64,000 bases of DNA, from NCBI GenBank assembly GCA_963819255.1, contig CAWFVS010000038.1:108986-172985 (forward strand), in the 5' to 3' direction. Of this stretch, positions 41,250 to 52,209 are shown piece after piece. The translations under genes were made by a program, and so were the position numbers. Source of the stretch: an uncultured Alphaproteobacteria bacterium. Its GTDB lineage: Bacteria > Pseudomonadota > Alphaproteobacteria > Rhizobiales > Beijerinckiaceae. The notes under the pieces are model-generated. The model made no database searches. It was not told the DNA's origin and worked only from the letters and a program-made list of their open reading frames with translations. Numbering within the stretch: the first letter of the stretch is position 1; each line of letters begins with the position of its first letter.

Positions 41250-41551
41250 TGTTTCATCCCTCTCTGTTCATTATTTGGCCGCAACGGCATTTGTCCGCAA
41301 CGGCGGCGAGTGAACGTTACGCTCTTCCCGCAAAAGCGCAATCACCTTCTGCCGCTTTCCGGTTCGCGACGTAAGGTTGCCTTCGGCCAATCAGGGGTTT
41401 TTTTCGGCCATTGTGCGCGACAGGGATAGTCAACGCAGCGAAAGTGCTCTCGCGGCGAAAGAGATTCAGAAAAACACCACCAATTCGTTGACGCTGGCGA
41501 CTAGTGTAGTGAGCGAAGCCTTCCGGAGCGGGCGAGCAAACCAGGGCGATC

Positions 41552-41584
41552 AGGCTCTCGAAGTCGTTCATCGGTGAAGTTCCT
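41552..41584 (-). repeat. 33-bp copy of the IS200 tnpA start region
   Basis: Matches 34526-34558 at all but one position. Confidence 0.8.
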
Positions 41585-41632
41585 GAAGAGGCTGTACCCT
41601 GGCTGTACCCCCAGTTTGAATGACTCGGGCGA

Positions 41633-41763
41633 CTAGCAGCCTGTCGGACTTAACCGCTAAGCCATTGAAATCGTTGCAGTTTAGTTTTTCAGAACTACAC
41701 AAAAGATCAAATCATTTCAATATGTTAGCGACCTGGAGCAAACCCAGCCCGACAGGCTGCTAG
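41633..41763. mobile_element. MITE-like element with terminal inverted repeats
   Basis: ctagcagcctgtcgg ... ccgacaggctgctag (15-bp perfect IR including CTAG); AT-rich non-coding core. Confidence 0.75.
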
Positions 41764-41819
41764 AGAAGCGGACATTTCTACTTTGCCTTGACAGCTTTTG
41801 TGCGACAGGAATTGGCGCA

Positions 41820-42100
41820 ATGCGGGAATTGAAGGAGCTGATCGGGGCGATGGGCATTCGGGTCCGGGCCGTGCTGCGGGAGGAGCGGATGCCTTACGCA
41901 AGGCTCGGCCTCGGCGACCCGAAATGGTCGGACGCGGAGCTCATCGACTTCATTCTGGCGCATCCGATCCTGATCAACCGGCCGATCGTCGTAAGGCCGA
42001 AAGGCGTAAAGACTCTGCCGGCCGTCGGAGACGGTGTTCGAGATCTTGCCGGACGGCGACAGGTTCAAGGAGGACGGCGAGGTCGTCGACGCGCCTGGGC
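41820..42100 (+). pseudogene. arsC: Arsenate reductase (glutaredoxin), N-terminally truncated
   Basis: LIDFILAHPILINRPIVV..KG...RPSETV; the catalytic N-terminus (HNP.C) is missing. Confidence 0.75.
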
Positions 42101-42247
42101 CAAACCGCGGCGCAGCTGACGGTTTGGCGGCCTGATCCGTCGCAACATGTCGGTTACACAGGGGGCTGCGATGGGACGAGACGGATCCCGTGTCAATGTT
42201 GCACCAGCCCGGCCTGCTGACCGGGCAATGATGATCCTGCACTCAGA

Positions 42248-43542
42248 CTAGAACAATCGCTGCCCAATGAATTCGCCGTCGCGAACGCCGGCCGGGCAAG
42301 CGAAAAGCCCGCCGCCGGTATGGGTGGTGAATTGGTTGAGTGCGTCCAGTTTGGACATATTCTCGAAAATCTTGATGAAGCCGGCGCGCGGGTCGCGCTG
42401 GTAGGCGACGAAGAACAGCCCCGCGTCATACATCATTCCCTGACGCCAGGGCGGCCAGCGCTCGGCGGTGAAGCTCACTCCGTCATTGTAGGAAAAGCTA
42501 CGGCGCAGGATTTGCGCGCCGTCATTGGCTGGGGCCGCGCCAAGCCGGATGTGCGCGGTGTCGGCGATCAACGGGTTGCCGTCCTTGTCCAGACGATCGA
42601 GGTCGAGAAGGTCCTGCTCTCCGGATTTGCCGATCGGCGCCCCGGAGTATTTATGCCGGCCAATCACCTGCTCCTGGAAATCGACCTCGGTCCGATCCCA
42701 ATGCTCGAGCGAGATCCGGATCCGACGCGCCACCAGATAACTGCCGCCGCGCATCCAGTCGGGGCCCTCCTCGCCGACCCACACGACGTCGTCAAAACTT
42801 CGGGGAGCATCGGACGTCGTCGGGGCGCGGCCGACCGGAGGATTGATGGTCCCGTCCTTGAACCCCATCAGGTTGCGCGGCGTTTCCCCAGAAGGCGTGT
42901 TCGGCATGAAGCCCGTCTGCGCCCAGCGGATCTTCGCCGCGCCGTACGACAGACGGTCGAGCTCGCGCAGCGCATGAAACGCGACGGTCGGGTCGTCGGC
43001 GCAAGCCTGCACGGAAATATCGCCCCCTGTGCGCGCCGGCTGCAACTGATCCCCGTTGAATTTGGGGAGGTCGACCAGCGCCTCCGGCCTCTTGGCGGCG
43101 AGACCGTAACGGTCGACGCCGTCCTTGATGAAGAGCCCCGCGCCGAAGCCGAAGGTGAGGGTCAGCCCTGCCGGCGACAGACCCAGCGCGGATGCGCCGT
43201 CCGGGGCTTCCGTGGACAGGTCCTGCCCAGCGGGCGAGCCGTTTCTCCCGCCGTCATCCGGGTGGCGGCCTCGGTCCAGAGCCGCAACATCGTCGTCACC
43301 TCGTCGCGCGTCTTGGCGACGAGGTCGAAGGCGGCGAAATAACTGCTGGCTTGTTGCGGCGTCGCGATGCCGCCCTGATGCTCGCCGAAAAACGCTTCAC
43401 GCGTCGCAGCGCCGGCGGGGAGTTCCTGCGCTGCGGCCCGCGTGAAGGTCCCGACGCCCGCGCTCGCCACGAGACCGCTTGCGCCGACGAGCAAGCTTCG
43501 GCGCGACGGACCTGTCTTGGCGGGGGCGAAGGGACAGCTCAT
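42248..43542 (-). CDS. efeB: Dyp-type peroxidase EfeB/YcdB, Tat signal (frameshifts)
   Basis: SRRSLL, HQGGIATPQQ, RNLMGFKDGT, AHIR and ILRRSFSY motifs. Confidence 0.88.
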
Positions 43543-44669
43543 CGCGCCAAGACGAGCGTGTTGTTCTCGTCCTCGACGTAGTAGAACCCGTCGCCTGCCG
43601 GCGTCAGGGCGATGCCGAACAGGTCGCCGCTGCCGGGCGGCTTTTGCGCCTTGTTGGGATCGATCCACCGGGCCTTGATCTGCTCGCCCGTGGCGGGATC
43701 GACTTCCACCACCTGGCCGTTCTTGGCGTTGGTCACCAAGAGATGGCCGTTCGGCGCCGAGGCCATCGCCAGCGGCGTTTGAAGCAGCCCGTCCTTTGTG
43801 ACCGTCCTGCCGACGCCTGCGCTGTGATCGCGCGTCGTCGCATCCCAAATGGCGGTGATCCGATTTCCCGTCGCGTCCGAAACATAGAGCGTATCGTTGG
43901 GACCGAGACCTAGCCCGGTCGGTCCAACGACAAACACATCCTTGTTCGGCTGGGCGCCGAAGCCGCTGCCGACGACGGTCTGATCGATGACCGCCGGGGG
44001 CTTGCCGTCCGGTATCGACAGCTTGATGCGCAGCACGGTTTCTTCATTGACGACGCGCGGATCGCCTTCTGGCGATCCGACGCCAAATCCCGCGTTGCTG
44101 ACGAACAGCGTCGCAGTTTGCCCGTCGTCGATCGTCGCCATGTTTCCCCAAGGCATGTTGATGTTGTCGCCGGCGATCGTTCCGGCGACCTTGCCATGGG
44201 GATCGAGCACGATCAGGCAGCCCGCGCCCTTGGTCGCCGTCGTGCCGTCCGCGCTCGGAGCGCTGCCGACGATAACCCATCCCGACCTGAGCATGGTCAT
44301 CGCCGTCGTCAGGCCGACGCCGCCCGGGCATTGAGGCAGATCGCGCGGCAGCGTCGCGAAGGTCGACAGTTTCTTGGTCGTCGGATTGTAATCAACGATC
44401 GTCGTCCCGAGTCCTTGCAGGTTGCCCGCGTTGTTGAAGTTGGTGACGAGCACGTCGTCCTTCTGAATGGAACCCGCCGAAACCGGCGCCACGACGATCG
44501 CGTAGGGGTTCTGGTCGCCGTTGTCGGGCACGGTCGAGGTCAACGTCGTCTGCCGATGGAGTCGATCCAGGAAACTGGCCGGTTGCGGGGCCGACGCGGC
44601 CGCCTGCGGGAGCAGGGCCGTCAATGCGGTCAATGCGGCCAGCAAAGTCATGTCGCCATATCCGGTCAT
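43539..44669 (-). CDS. Secreted beta-propeller (NHL-like) hypothetical protein
   Basis: Signal peptide; repeats NPYAI, MPWG, GPTGL and TPLAM; overlaps the efeB start. Confidence 0.8.
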   Translation of the reverse strand: MTGYGDMTLLAALTALTALLPQAAASAPQPASFLDRLHRQTTLTSTVPDNGDQNPYAIVVAPVSAGSIQKDDVLVTNFNNAGNLQGLGTTIVDYNPTTKKLSTFATLPRDLPQCPGGVGLTTAMTMLRSGWVIVGSAPSADGTTATKGAGCLIVLDPHGKVAGTIAGDNINMPWGNMATIDDGQTATLFVSNAGFGVGSPEGDPRVVNEETVLRIKLSIPDGKPPAVIDQTVVGSGFGAQPNKDVFVVGPTGLGLGPNDTLYVSDATGNRITAIWDATTRDHSAGVGRTVTKDGLLQTPLAMASAPNGHLLVTNAKNGQVVEVDPATGEQIKARWIDPNKAQKPPGSGDLFGIALTPAGDGFYYVEDENNTLVLAR

Positions 44670-44755
44670 TCCTGTTTCTCCTCGATGGTTCGGACGAATG
44701 CGTCCTCGCGGGACGCTTGGGGTTCGGCGCTCTCGACCGTGACGGAACTGTCGGC

Positions 44756-45808
44756 TTAAATCGGCGACGGACTGCGCGGGTAGGTCATCACACCCCCTTC
44801 GACGGTGAGCCACACCTGGGCGCCCTGTTGCGGCGTCATGTGGCCGGCGACGCGTGTCGTGACGAGCGCGCCGCCATCGTCCAATGACAAGGTGATGCTG
44901 GCGTCGCGGCCGTAGTAGGTCACGGCTTGTATCTGCGCCTTTGTCGAGCCGGCGCTGGTTCGCGGCTCGAACCGTATCTGCTCGGGCCGCACCATCACTT
45001 CGACAGGCCCGTCGGGCGCCGGCGAAGCCAGCTGCAACCGCCCCAACGCACAAATCGCCTTTCCTCCTGCAACGCGGCCCGGCAGCAGGACGGCCTCGCC
45101 GACAAATTGCGCCAGGGCGGCGTCCGCGGGCTGACGATACAATTTTTCGGGCGCCGCGACCTGAGCCAAGACGCCGTCGCGCAATACGGCGACCTGCCGG
45201 CCCATTGACAGGGCCTCCGGCTGATCATGGGTGACCAGCAGAGCGGTTGCTCCGGCGGCCTGCAGGATCGCCATGACCGCTTGGCGTGTTTCAACTCGCA
45301 AAGCGGCGTCCAAAGCCGAGAAGGGTTCGTCGAGAAGCACCAGTTTCGGAGCAGGCGCGAGCGCGCGGGCCAAAGCTACCCGCTGTTGCTCGCCGCCGGA
45401 AAGTTCGTGCGGCCCACGTTGCGCGTAGCTTGCGGGAAGCCCCACACTTTCGAGCAGCGCCTCGGCTCTGAGGCGATCGCGACGCTGCGAGCGGGGAAGT
45501 CCGAATACGACATTGGCGGCAACCGACAAGTGGGGAAACAGCGACCCTTCCTGCGAGACATAACCAACCTGCCGCCTCTCGGGCGGCACATGCACGCCCG
45601 GACCGGACACCTGTCGCCCGTCGATCTCGATGGCGCCCGAGTCGGCGCGCTCAAAGCCGCTCAGCAACCTCAGCAACGTCGTCTTGCCGCTGCCCGAGGC
45701 GCCCAGAATTGCGAAGAGCGCGCCTGACGGCACGACAAGATCAACTCCGCGCAGGACTGGCCTTCCGCGAAACGACTTGCTCAGTCCTGCAATTCGCACG
45801 TCAGCCAT
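44756..45808 (-). CDS. Fe3+ ABC transporter ATP-binding protein
   Basis: GASGSGKT, LSGGEQQR and LLDEPFS; TOBE tail. Confidence 0.92.
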   Translation of the reverse strand: MADVRIAGLSKSFRGRPVLRGVDLVVPSGALFAILGASGSGKTTLLRLLSGFERADSGAIEIDGRQVSGPGVHVPPERRQVGYVSQEGSLFPHLSVAANVVFGLPRSQRRDRLRAEALLESVGLPASYAQRGPHELSGGEQQRVALARALAPAPKLVLLDEPFSALDAALRVETRQAVMAILQAAGATALLVTHDQPEALSMGRQVAVLRDGVLAQVAAPEKLYRQPADAALAQFVGEAVLLPGRVAGGKAICALGRLQLASPAPDGPVEVMVRPEQIRFEPRTSAGSTKAQIQAVTYYGRDASITLSLDDGGALVTTRVAGHMTPQQGAQVWLTVEGGVMTYPRSPSPI

Positions 45809-45810
45809 GG

Positions 45811-47427
45811 TCAGGCCTGGTCCGGAAACACGGCGGCCCCGAAACGGCCCGCGAGAAGCCAGGTGGAAAGCAGTGAGATCAGCAGCATCGTCGCCGCAAA
45901 GGGCGCGGCGGCGGCAAAGGCCAGGGTCGAGGTATTGGCCCAGACCTCGGTGGCAAGAGTCCGCGTCCCGATTGGCGCCAGCAACAACGTTGTGGTCAAT
46001 TCCGTGACGACGAAGATAAACACCATGGCGGCGCCCGCCCCAATGCCGGGTCCCGCCAGCGGCGCCAGCACTCGGACGGTAACCTCGAACCAACCCAGCC
46101 CGAGTGAGCGCCCCGTTTCCTCGAGTTCCGGTTGGACCTGCGCCAACGCCGAGCGCACGCCGACCAGAGCGAACGGCAGGAACAGGATCGCGTAGGCGAC
46201 GACCAGCAGCGCGGCGCTTTGATAGAGCGGGCGGATCGTTTCGATCGTGAGCGAAATGAACGCCAGGGCTACGACGATGCCGGGCACGCCCTGCGCGAGA
46301 TAGGCGATCCTCTCGAGAGCCACGGACAGAGGGCTTGGGTAACGCGTCGCGAGATAGCCGAGCGGCGCAGCCAGGAGAAGGGCCGCAGCGGCTCCGGCCA
46401 GTCCGTAGCTGACGGAAGCAAATGTCGCGCTGAAGAGAAGCGGCAATGATGGAGCAACCGGCGAGGTGGCGGCCTGGGCGTGTTGCAGCAGCCAGTAGCC
46501 GATCATGCCCAGCGGCACGCCGAGCGTCGCGCTTGTCAGAGCCGCGAACGCCAGAAGCGCCGGCCATCGGGTCAGCCCCAGGCGCACGGGCGCAGCGATG
46601 CGGCGGCCGCCGAAGCCAACGCGCGCGTAGCGCGCGCGCCCGCGCACGTTCAGCTCTGCGACCACGCAGACCAGACACAGGGCGATCAGCACCAGCGCCA
46701 ATAGCGCTGATTCCTGCCCGTCCAGGCCGGTCCTGTACTGAGCGTAGAGCTCTGTCGTGAAGGTTCGAAACCGCAAAAGCGCGAAAGCGCCAAACTCGAT
46801 CAACGTGTCGAGGGCGACCAGCAACACACCGCCGTAAAGAGCAGGTCGCAGTTGCGGCGCCACGACGCGAACGAAGCATCCCCACGCGCCGTAGCCGAGC
46901 GAACGGGCCGTTTCCTCCAGCGCCGGATCGAGGCCGCGCAACGCCGCGCCCACGGGCAGGTAGACAAGCGGATAATAGGCGCAAGTGACCACCAGCAGCG
47001 CCCCGGCGAAGTCCTGCAGCCCATTGCTGAGCGAGACCCAGGCATAGCTCGAGATGAACGGCGGAACCGCCAAAGGCGCGGCCGCGAGCACAGCCCAGAC
47101 TTTCCGGCCTGGAAGGTCCGTCCGCTCGACCAGCCACGCCGTCGCCGTCCCGATGATGGCGCAAGTCAACGAGGCGGAGACGACCAGACCGACCGTGTTG
47201 ACAAGCAGTCGACCAACGAGCGGGCGCACAAGCAAGTCGATCGCGTCCTTCACGTTCACGCCGGCCGCCTGAACGATCGTGACGAGGATCGGCAGCAGAA
47301 CGAGCGCGGCCGCGAGCACGGCCGCGCCGATCAAGGGAACCGGCGCGCGCCGGCTTCGACTGGCCGTCGAACGCGGGCCAAGGCCCCAAGCGCCCCGTGC
47401 GACATCGAAACCGGCGATTTGCGACAT
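45811..47427 (-). CDS. Fe3+ ABC transporter permease
   Basis: Two EAA loops (LEETARSLG, LEETGRSLG). Confidence 0.92.
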   Translation of the reverse strand: MSQIAGFDVARGAWGLGPRSTASRSRRAPVPLIGAAVLAAALVLLPILVTIVQAAGVNVKDAIDLLVRPLVGRLLVNTVGLVVSASLTCAIIGTATAWLVERTDLPGRKVWAVLAAAPLAVPPFISSYAWVSLSNGLQDFAGALLVVTCAYYPLVYLPVGAALRGLDPALEETARSLGYGAWGCFVRVVAPQLRPALYGGVLLVALDTLIEFGAFALLRFRTFTTELYAQYRTGLDGQESALLALVLIALCLVCVVAELNVRGRARYARVGFGGRRIAAPVRLGLTRWPALLAFAALTSATLGVPLGMIGYWLLQHAQAATSPVAPSLPLLFSATFASVSYGLAGAAAALLLAAPLGYLATRYPSPLSVALERIAYLAQGVPGIVVALAFISLTIETIRPLYQSAALLVVAYAILFLPFALVGVRSALAQVQPELEETGRSLGLGWFEVTVRVLAPLAGPGIGAGAAMVFIFVVTELTTTLLLAPIGTRTLATEVWANTSTLAFAAAAPFAATMLLISLLSTWLLAGRFGAAVFPDQA

Positions 47428-48440
47428 CAGATCAGACCTGCCTCCCGCAAGAGCTCGGCGGCTTCGCGATCGTCGCCAATCTCCTTGATGGTCAAAGACG
47501 GAGGTTGCAGTTTGCCCATCGGCTTCAAAATCGGGTTTGCGGCAACGCCGGCGGCAAGCGGATATTCGAAGGTGATATCCAAATTCGAAACCATCTCCTG
47601 CGCGGGCTTGCTGACCAGAAAGGCTAGGAACTTCTGTGCGGCCGCCTGGTTGCGCGAACTCCTAAGCACCGCGGCGCCTGAGACATTCATCAAGCCGCCC
47701 ACGTCGCCCCCGGCAAAATGGTGAATGGCGCTTTGCATCTTGTCGGCGCCTTTCTCCATGCGCAGCCGCGCCCAATAATAGCTGTTGATGATCCCCGTCG
47801 CTGCTGCGCCCCGATCGACCGCGGCGACGACGCCCTCGTCGTCGTCGAACAGCGTGGCGTTGTCGCGCAGGCCCTTCAGCCATTCGAGAGCGGCGGAGCG
47901 TCCTTTCAGGGCGATGACCGCGCCGACCAGCGGCAGGAAATCGGCGTCGGTCGGGGCAATCGCGATCTTTCCCTTCCATTCCGGCTTCGCGAGATCGAGC
48001 AAGGACGCGGGCAGCGAAGCCTCTTGAATCATGCCCTTATTGAAGGCCAGGACGTTTTCGCGCGCCAGCACGCCGACCCAATCGCCTGCCGGGCTGCTAT
48101 CCTGGGCAGGCACGCTGGCGAGCGTCGCCGGAGCGACTTTCGCCAGGAGCCCCTTCTCGGACAGCAATTCGAGCTCCGGCGAGTTCTCGGTGAACAAAAC
48201 GTCGGCCGGAGACGATGGTCCCTCCTTCACAATCTGGCTGGCAAGCTCCGGGGCCTCGCCATTGTGAACCTTAACTCCAATCCCCGTCTCCTTGGTGAAG
48301 GCTTTGGTCAGCAAGTCCACCGTCTGCTCATGCTGGGCGGAATAGAGCGTCAGCGACGCTGAAAGCGCGCCGGTTGAAGCCATCGCGAAGCATACGATGG
48401 CAGGGAGGACGAGACGCAGCATGTGGACATTGGACATCAT
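47427..48440 (-). CDS. Fe3+ ABC transporter substrate-binding protein (FbpA-like)
   Basis: LYSAQHE, SPADVLFTENS and INSYYW (tandem Tyr iron ligands). Confidence 0.9.
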   Translation of the reverse strand: MMSNVHMLRLVLPAIVCFAMASTGALSASLTLYSAQHEQTVDLLTKAFTKETGIGVKVHNGEAPELASQIVKEGPSSPADVLFTENSPELELLSEKGLLAKVAPATLASVPAQDSSPAGDWVGVLARENVLAFNKGMIQEASLPASLLDLAKPEWKGKIAIAPTDADFLPLVGAVIALKGRSAALEWLKGLRDNATLFDDDEGVVAAVDRGAAATGIINSYYWARLRMEKGADKMQSAIHHFAGGDVGGLMNVSGAAVLRSSRNQAAAQKFLAFLVSKPAQEMVSNLDITFEYPLAAGVAANPILKPMGKLQPPSLTIKEIGDDREAAELLREAGLI

Positions 48441-48541
48441 AATTCCTGTGCGGGCAGCCGGATCAAGGGCTTCTGGGCTTTGGATAATGATGGCGCCGCA
48501 ACCGCACAAGTAGAAGGCGGCCAGTTTAGAAAGGATTCAAT

Positions 48542-48558
48542 TTTGGAAGCTTTCTAAG
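48542..48558. promoter_or_regulatory. Irr box (iron control element)
   Basis: TTTGGAA-GCT-TTCTAAG versus consensus TTTRGAA-N3-TTCYAAA, upstream of the iron operon. Confidence 0.65.
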
Positions 48559-48849
48559 AATCCAGGGGTGCGAGATTTTGCGACTTGTGTCGAACAGGTC
48601 CCTTGACCTGTCGCCGCCTCAATCTTTGAAAACGTTAGTCTTCGGGCCGAACGTGTTGAAGGTAAATACTACTCGTCGCGCAGGCGCCGATAGTCACGGG
48701 GGGCGATTTCAAAGCGCTGTAATGCACGTCGGCCTATCCACGAACGGGTCGCTCGCTTTCCAGGTCCGGTTACCAAGTTTCCAGCGGCAAACTTTGGAAC
48801 AAAGCAAGCGCCGACGATTTTACTTTTTTTCTTAGCGACAGAGGCGTTA

Positions 48850-49788
48850 ATGTTTATGCACAACAAGCGGCTTCAGTATACCGTCCGTGTCGCCGAGCCG
48901 AACCCAGTGCTCGGCTCTTTCATTCTGGAGCAGTTCGGCGGCGAGCTCGCCGCTGCGATGCGATACTTCACGCAAGGTCTCGCCGAAGACGATCCGGGCC
49001 GCAAAGACCTGTTGCTCGATATCGCGACCGAAGAACTCAGCCATCTCGAGGTGGTCGGTTCGATCGTCGCGATGCTGAACAAGGGCGCGAAGGCGCAGAT
49101 TTCCGAAGGGTCGATGCGCGAGGCCGAGCTCTACATGTCGCTCACGAAGGGCGGCAGCAGCCATACCCAATCGATTCTCTACGGCGGAGGGCCCGCGCTG
49201 ACCAACTCTGCCGGAGTGCCGTGGACCGCCGCCTACATCGACAGCCGCGGCGATCCCGCTTGCGACATGCGCTCCAACATCGCGGCCGAAGCTCGCGCGA
49301 AGATCGTCTACGAGCGGCTCATCAACGTGACGGACGATCCCGGCATCAAAGACGCGCTCGGGTTTCTGATGACCCGCGAGGTGGCGCATCAGAAGAGCTT
49401 CGAGAAAGCTCTCTACGCGATCGTCGCCAACTTCCCGCCCGGCAAACTGCCGGGACTGGAGCGTTTCGCCAGCACCTACGTGAACACTTCTCAGGGCGAG
49501 GGGGATATGGACGGCCCTTGGAACTCAGGGTCTCAATGGCGGCGAGTTGATGACCTCCAAAACACCTTGCCCGCCGATGGCGGCGATGGCTCGGCGAGGG
49601 TCAATCTCCCGACGGTCGACGCGGCCGCGTTGAGGACGCTCAGCGCCCGCACGATGTCGCAAATCGATGTTGATCCTTCCACAGGCGCCGGCCTCGGGGC
49701 CGGACCGGGAGCCGGAAAGATGACCGACGAGGACAAGGGCGGCGCCGCAAACAGGGACGAAGCGAAGGCCCAGGCCAGAGCAGCGTGA
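48850..49788 (+). CDS. Manganese catalase
   Basis: EQFGG, DIATEELSHLE, NIAAEARA and REVAHQ motifs. Confidence 0.93.
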   Translation: MFMHNKRLQYTVRVAEPNPVLGSFILEQFGGELAAAMRYFTQGLAEDDPGRKDLLLDIATEELSHLEVVGSIVAMLNKGAKAQISEGSMREAELYMSLTKGGSSHTQSILYGGGPALTNSAGVPWTAAYIDSRGDPACDMRSNIAAEARAKIVYERLINVTDDPGIKDALGFLMTREVAHQKSFEKALYAIVANFPPGKLPGLERFASTYVNTSQGEGDMDGPWNSGSQWRRVDDLQNTLPADGGDGSARVNLPTVDAAALRTLSARTMSQIDVDPSTGAGLGAGPGAGKMTDEDKGGAANRDEAKAQARAA

Positions 49789-49988
49789 TCGGCGCTGTGG
49801 CAATAGATCCGAAACCATTGACGCCTCCTTCATCGGGGGCGTCCCCTTGCTCATTCGCCAGGGACGTGCTGGTCCCGAGATAGCGCGCGGTTCCGCTCGC
49901 TTTCCCGGCTCGGTTATGTTAGGGCGGCCGCCAAACGCCCCCGAGCTCCCGCAAAAAGACGGTCGAGCGCACCCCGAACCGAATTAAA

Positions 49989-50651
49989 ATGGCAGACATC
50001 TTTCAGGAAGTTGACGAGGAAGTCCGGCGCGACAAGGCGGCGGAATTCTGGAAGAAGTATCAGAACCTGATCATCGGCCTGGCGATCGTCATCGTGCTCG
50101 CCGCGGCCGGCTTCCGCTACTGGCAGTACGAGAAGGAAAGGGCCGAGCAGGCGGCGGGGGACCAGTTCCAGGCGGCGATCGGCGCTGTCGAGGCCGGCAA
50201 GCTCGACGCGGCGAACGGTTACCTCGCCAAGCTCTCGGCCGACGCGCCGGGCGGCTATCGCGTTCTCGCCCAGATGACGGAAGCGGGCGACAAGGCGGCC
50301 AAGGACCCTCAGGCTTCCATCGCCGCATTCGACGCGATCGCCGGCAACGCCTCGATCGATCCGCTCTTCCGCGACGCGGCGCGCCTGCGCGCGGCGCTCC
50401 TGCAGCTCGATCAGCCGAACGAGGAACAGGCAGGCGCCGCGACGCTGACCTCGCTCGCCGGCGGAGACGGGCCCTTTCGACTGGTCGCGCGGCTGACGCT
50501 CGGCGCGGTGGCGATCTCGCGCGGGGAGTACAACGAAGCGGGAAAGCAGCTCGACCTCGTACTTGGCGACCCGGAAGCCTCGCCTAGCGAACGGGCCCTC
50601 GCCGAGCGCTGGCTCGGCCTCGTCGCCTCGAATCGCACTTCGCTGAAGTGA
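49989..50651 (+). CDS. YfgM-like TPR membrane protein
   Basis: [16 protein letters not shown]-terminus, one TM helix; sits upstream of der. Confidence 0.85.
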   Translation: MADIFQEVDEEVRRDKAAEFWKKYQNLIIGLAIVIVLAAAGFRYWQYEKERAEQAAGDQFQAAIGAVEAGKLDAANGYLAKLSADAPGGYRVLAQMTEAGDKAAKDPQASIAAFDAIAGNASIDPLFRDAARLRAALLQLDQPNEEQAGAATLTSLAGGDGPFRLVARLTLGAVAISRGEYNEAGKQLDLVLGDPEASPSERALAERWLGLVASNRTSLK

Positions 50652-50667
50652 CGGTCATTCAGCGGCC

Positions 50668-52067
50668 ATGAGCAAGGTCGCGATCATCGGCCGGCCGAAC
50701 GTCGGCAAGTCGACCCTGTTCAACCGGCTGGTCGGCAAGAAGCTCGCCCTCGTCGACGACGAGCCGGGGGTAACCCGGGACCGGCGCGAGGGCGACGCAA
50801 GCCTCTCCGACCTCGCTTTCACCGTGGTGGACACGGCCGGGCTCGAGGAGGGCGACCCGGAGACGCTTGTGGGCCGCATGCGCGCCCAGACGGAGACGGC
50901 GCTCGTCGGCTGCGACGCGGTCCTGTTCGTCGTCGACGCGCGCGCCGGGATCACCGCCGCCGACCGCCATTTCGCCGCCGCCGTCCGTCGCGCCGGCAAG
51001 CCGGTCATCGTCGTCGCCAACAAGGCCGAGGGACTCGCCGGACGGGACGGCGCCTACGAAGCCTTCGGCCTCGGTCTCGGCGACCCGATCGCCTTTTCCG
51101 CCGAGCACGGCGAGGGCGTCGGCGCGCTCTACGACGCGCTGGCCGAGGTTTTGCCGCCCGCCGCCCGGAGCGACCTCATCGAAGGCGAGGCGGCCGAGCC
51201 GCTCGTTCTCGGCGAGGAAGAGGACGGCAGAGAGCTCGACGTTTCGAAGCCCTTGCGCATCGCGGTGCTCGGCCGTCCGAACGCCGGAAAATCGACGCTG
51301 CTCAACCGCATCCTCGGCGAGGACCGGCTGCTCACCGGGCCCGAGCCCGGCATCACGCGCGACAGCATCGGGCTCGAGACGGAATGGCGGGGGCGGAGGC
51401 TGAAGCTGTTCGACACCGCCGGCTTGCGGCGGCGCGCCCGGGTGACCGAGAAGCTGGAGAAGCTCGCCGTCGCCGACGCTCTTCGCGCGGTGCGCTTCGC
51501 CGAGGTCGTCGTGCTGCTCGTCGATGCGACGATCCCGTTCGAGAAGCAGGATCTGGCGCTCGCTGACCTCGTCGAGCGCGAGGGCAGGGCGCTGGTCATC
51601 GGGCTCAACAAATGGGACCTGATCGACGACAAGTCGAACAGGGCGCGCGAACTGCGCGCCGAGGCCGACCGCCTCCTGCCGCAGCTCAGGGGCGCCGGGT
51701 GATCCCGGTGTCGGGCCTGACCGGCGCGCATGTCGACCGGCTCCTGGAGGCGGTGGTCGCGACGCACGAGGCGTGGAACAAGCGGATCTCGACCGGCCGG
51801 CTCAACCGGTGGCTCGCCCCGGCGGTCGAGGCGACGCCGCCGCCGGCGGTCTCCGGGCGGCGGATCAAGATCCGCTACATCACCCAGCCGAAGGCGAGGC
51901 CGCCGTTCTTCGTGCTGTTCGGCAATTCGGTCGAGAGCATCCCGGAGAGCTACAGACGCTATCTCGTCAACGGCCTGCGCGAGACCTTCGGCCTCGTCGG
52001 CGTGCCGATCCGGCTGTCGCTGCGCTCAGGCGACAACCCTTACGCGTCGAAGAAGCGGGCGGAGTGA
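50668..52067 (+). CDS. der: Ribosome biogenesis GTPase Der (frameshift ~51695)
   Basis: Two G domains ([16 protein letters not shown]); KH-like tail KIRYITQ. Confidence 0.95.
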
Positions 52068-52209
52068 ACGCCATTTCCCGCGGAACAAGCCTCGGCCCCG
52101 CGCTTCGTTCTCCCGCGAATGCAGGAAGAAGCAGGCGCCGTCTCGCTTCCGCTTCGTCAATGTCCTAAACTGGCCTAAACTCCTCTCTCAGCGCTCTGAG
52201 TTCGCCGTC

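Noticed and set aside
44756-47389. 877-aa ABC ATPase with a long N-terminal extension
   Set aside because: The extension is an alternate frame of the permease; the start is 45808.
49989-50668. Missing bamB between yfgM and der
   Set aside because: Direct yfgM-der adjacency is, to my knowledge, common in Hyphomicrobiales.
51690-51705. Programmed frameshift or truncation in der
   Set aside because: No slippery site is evident, and an assembly indel is far more likely.
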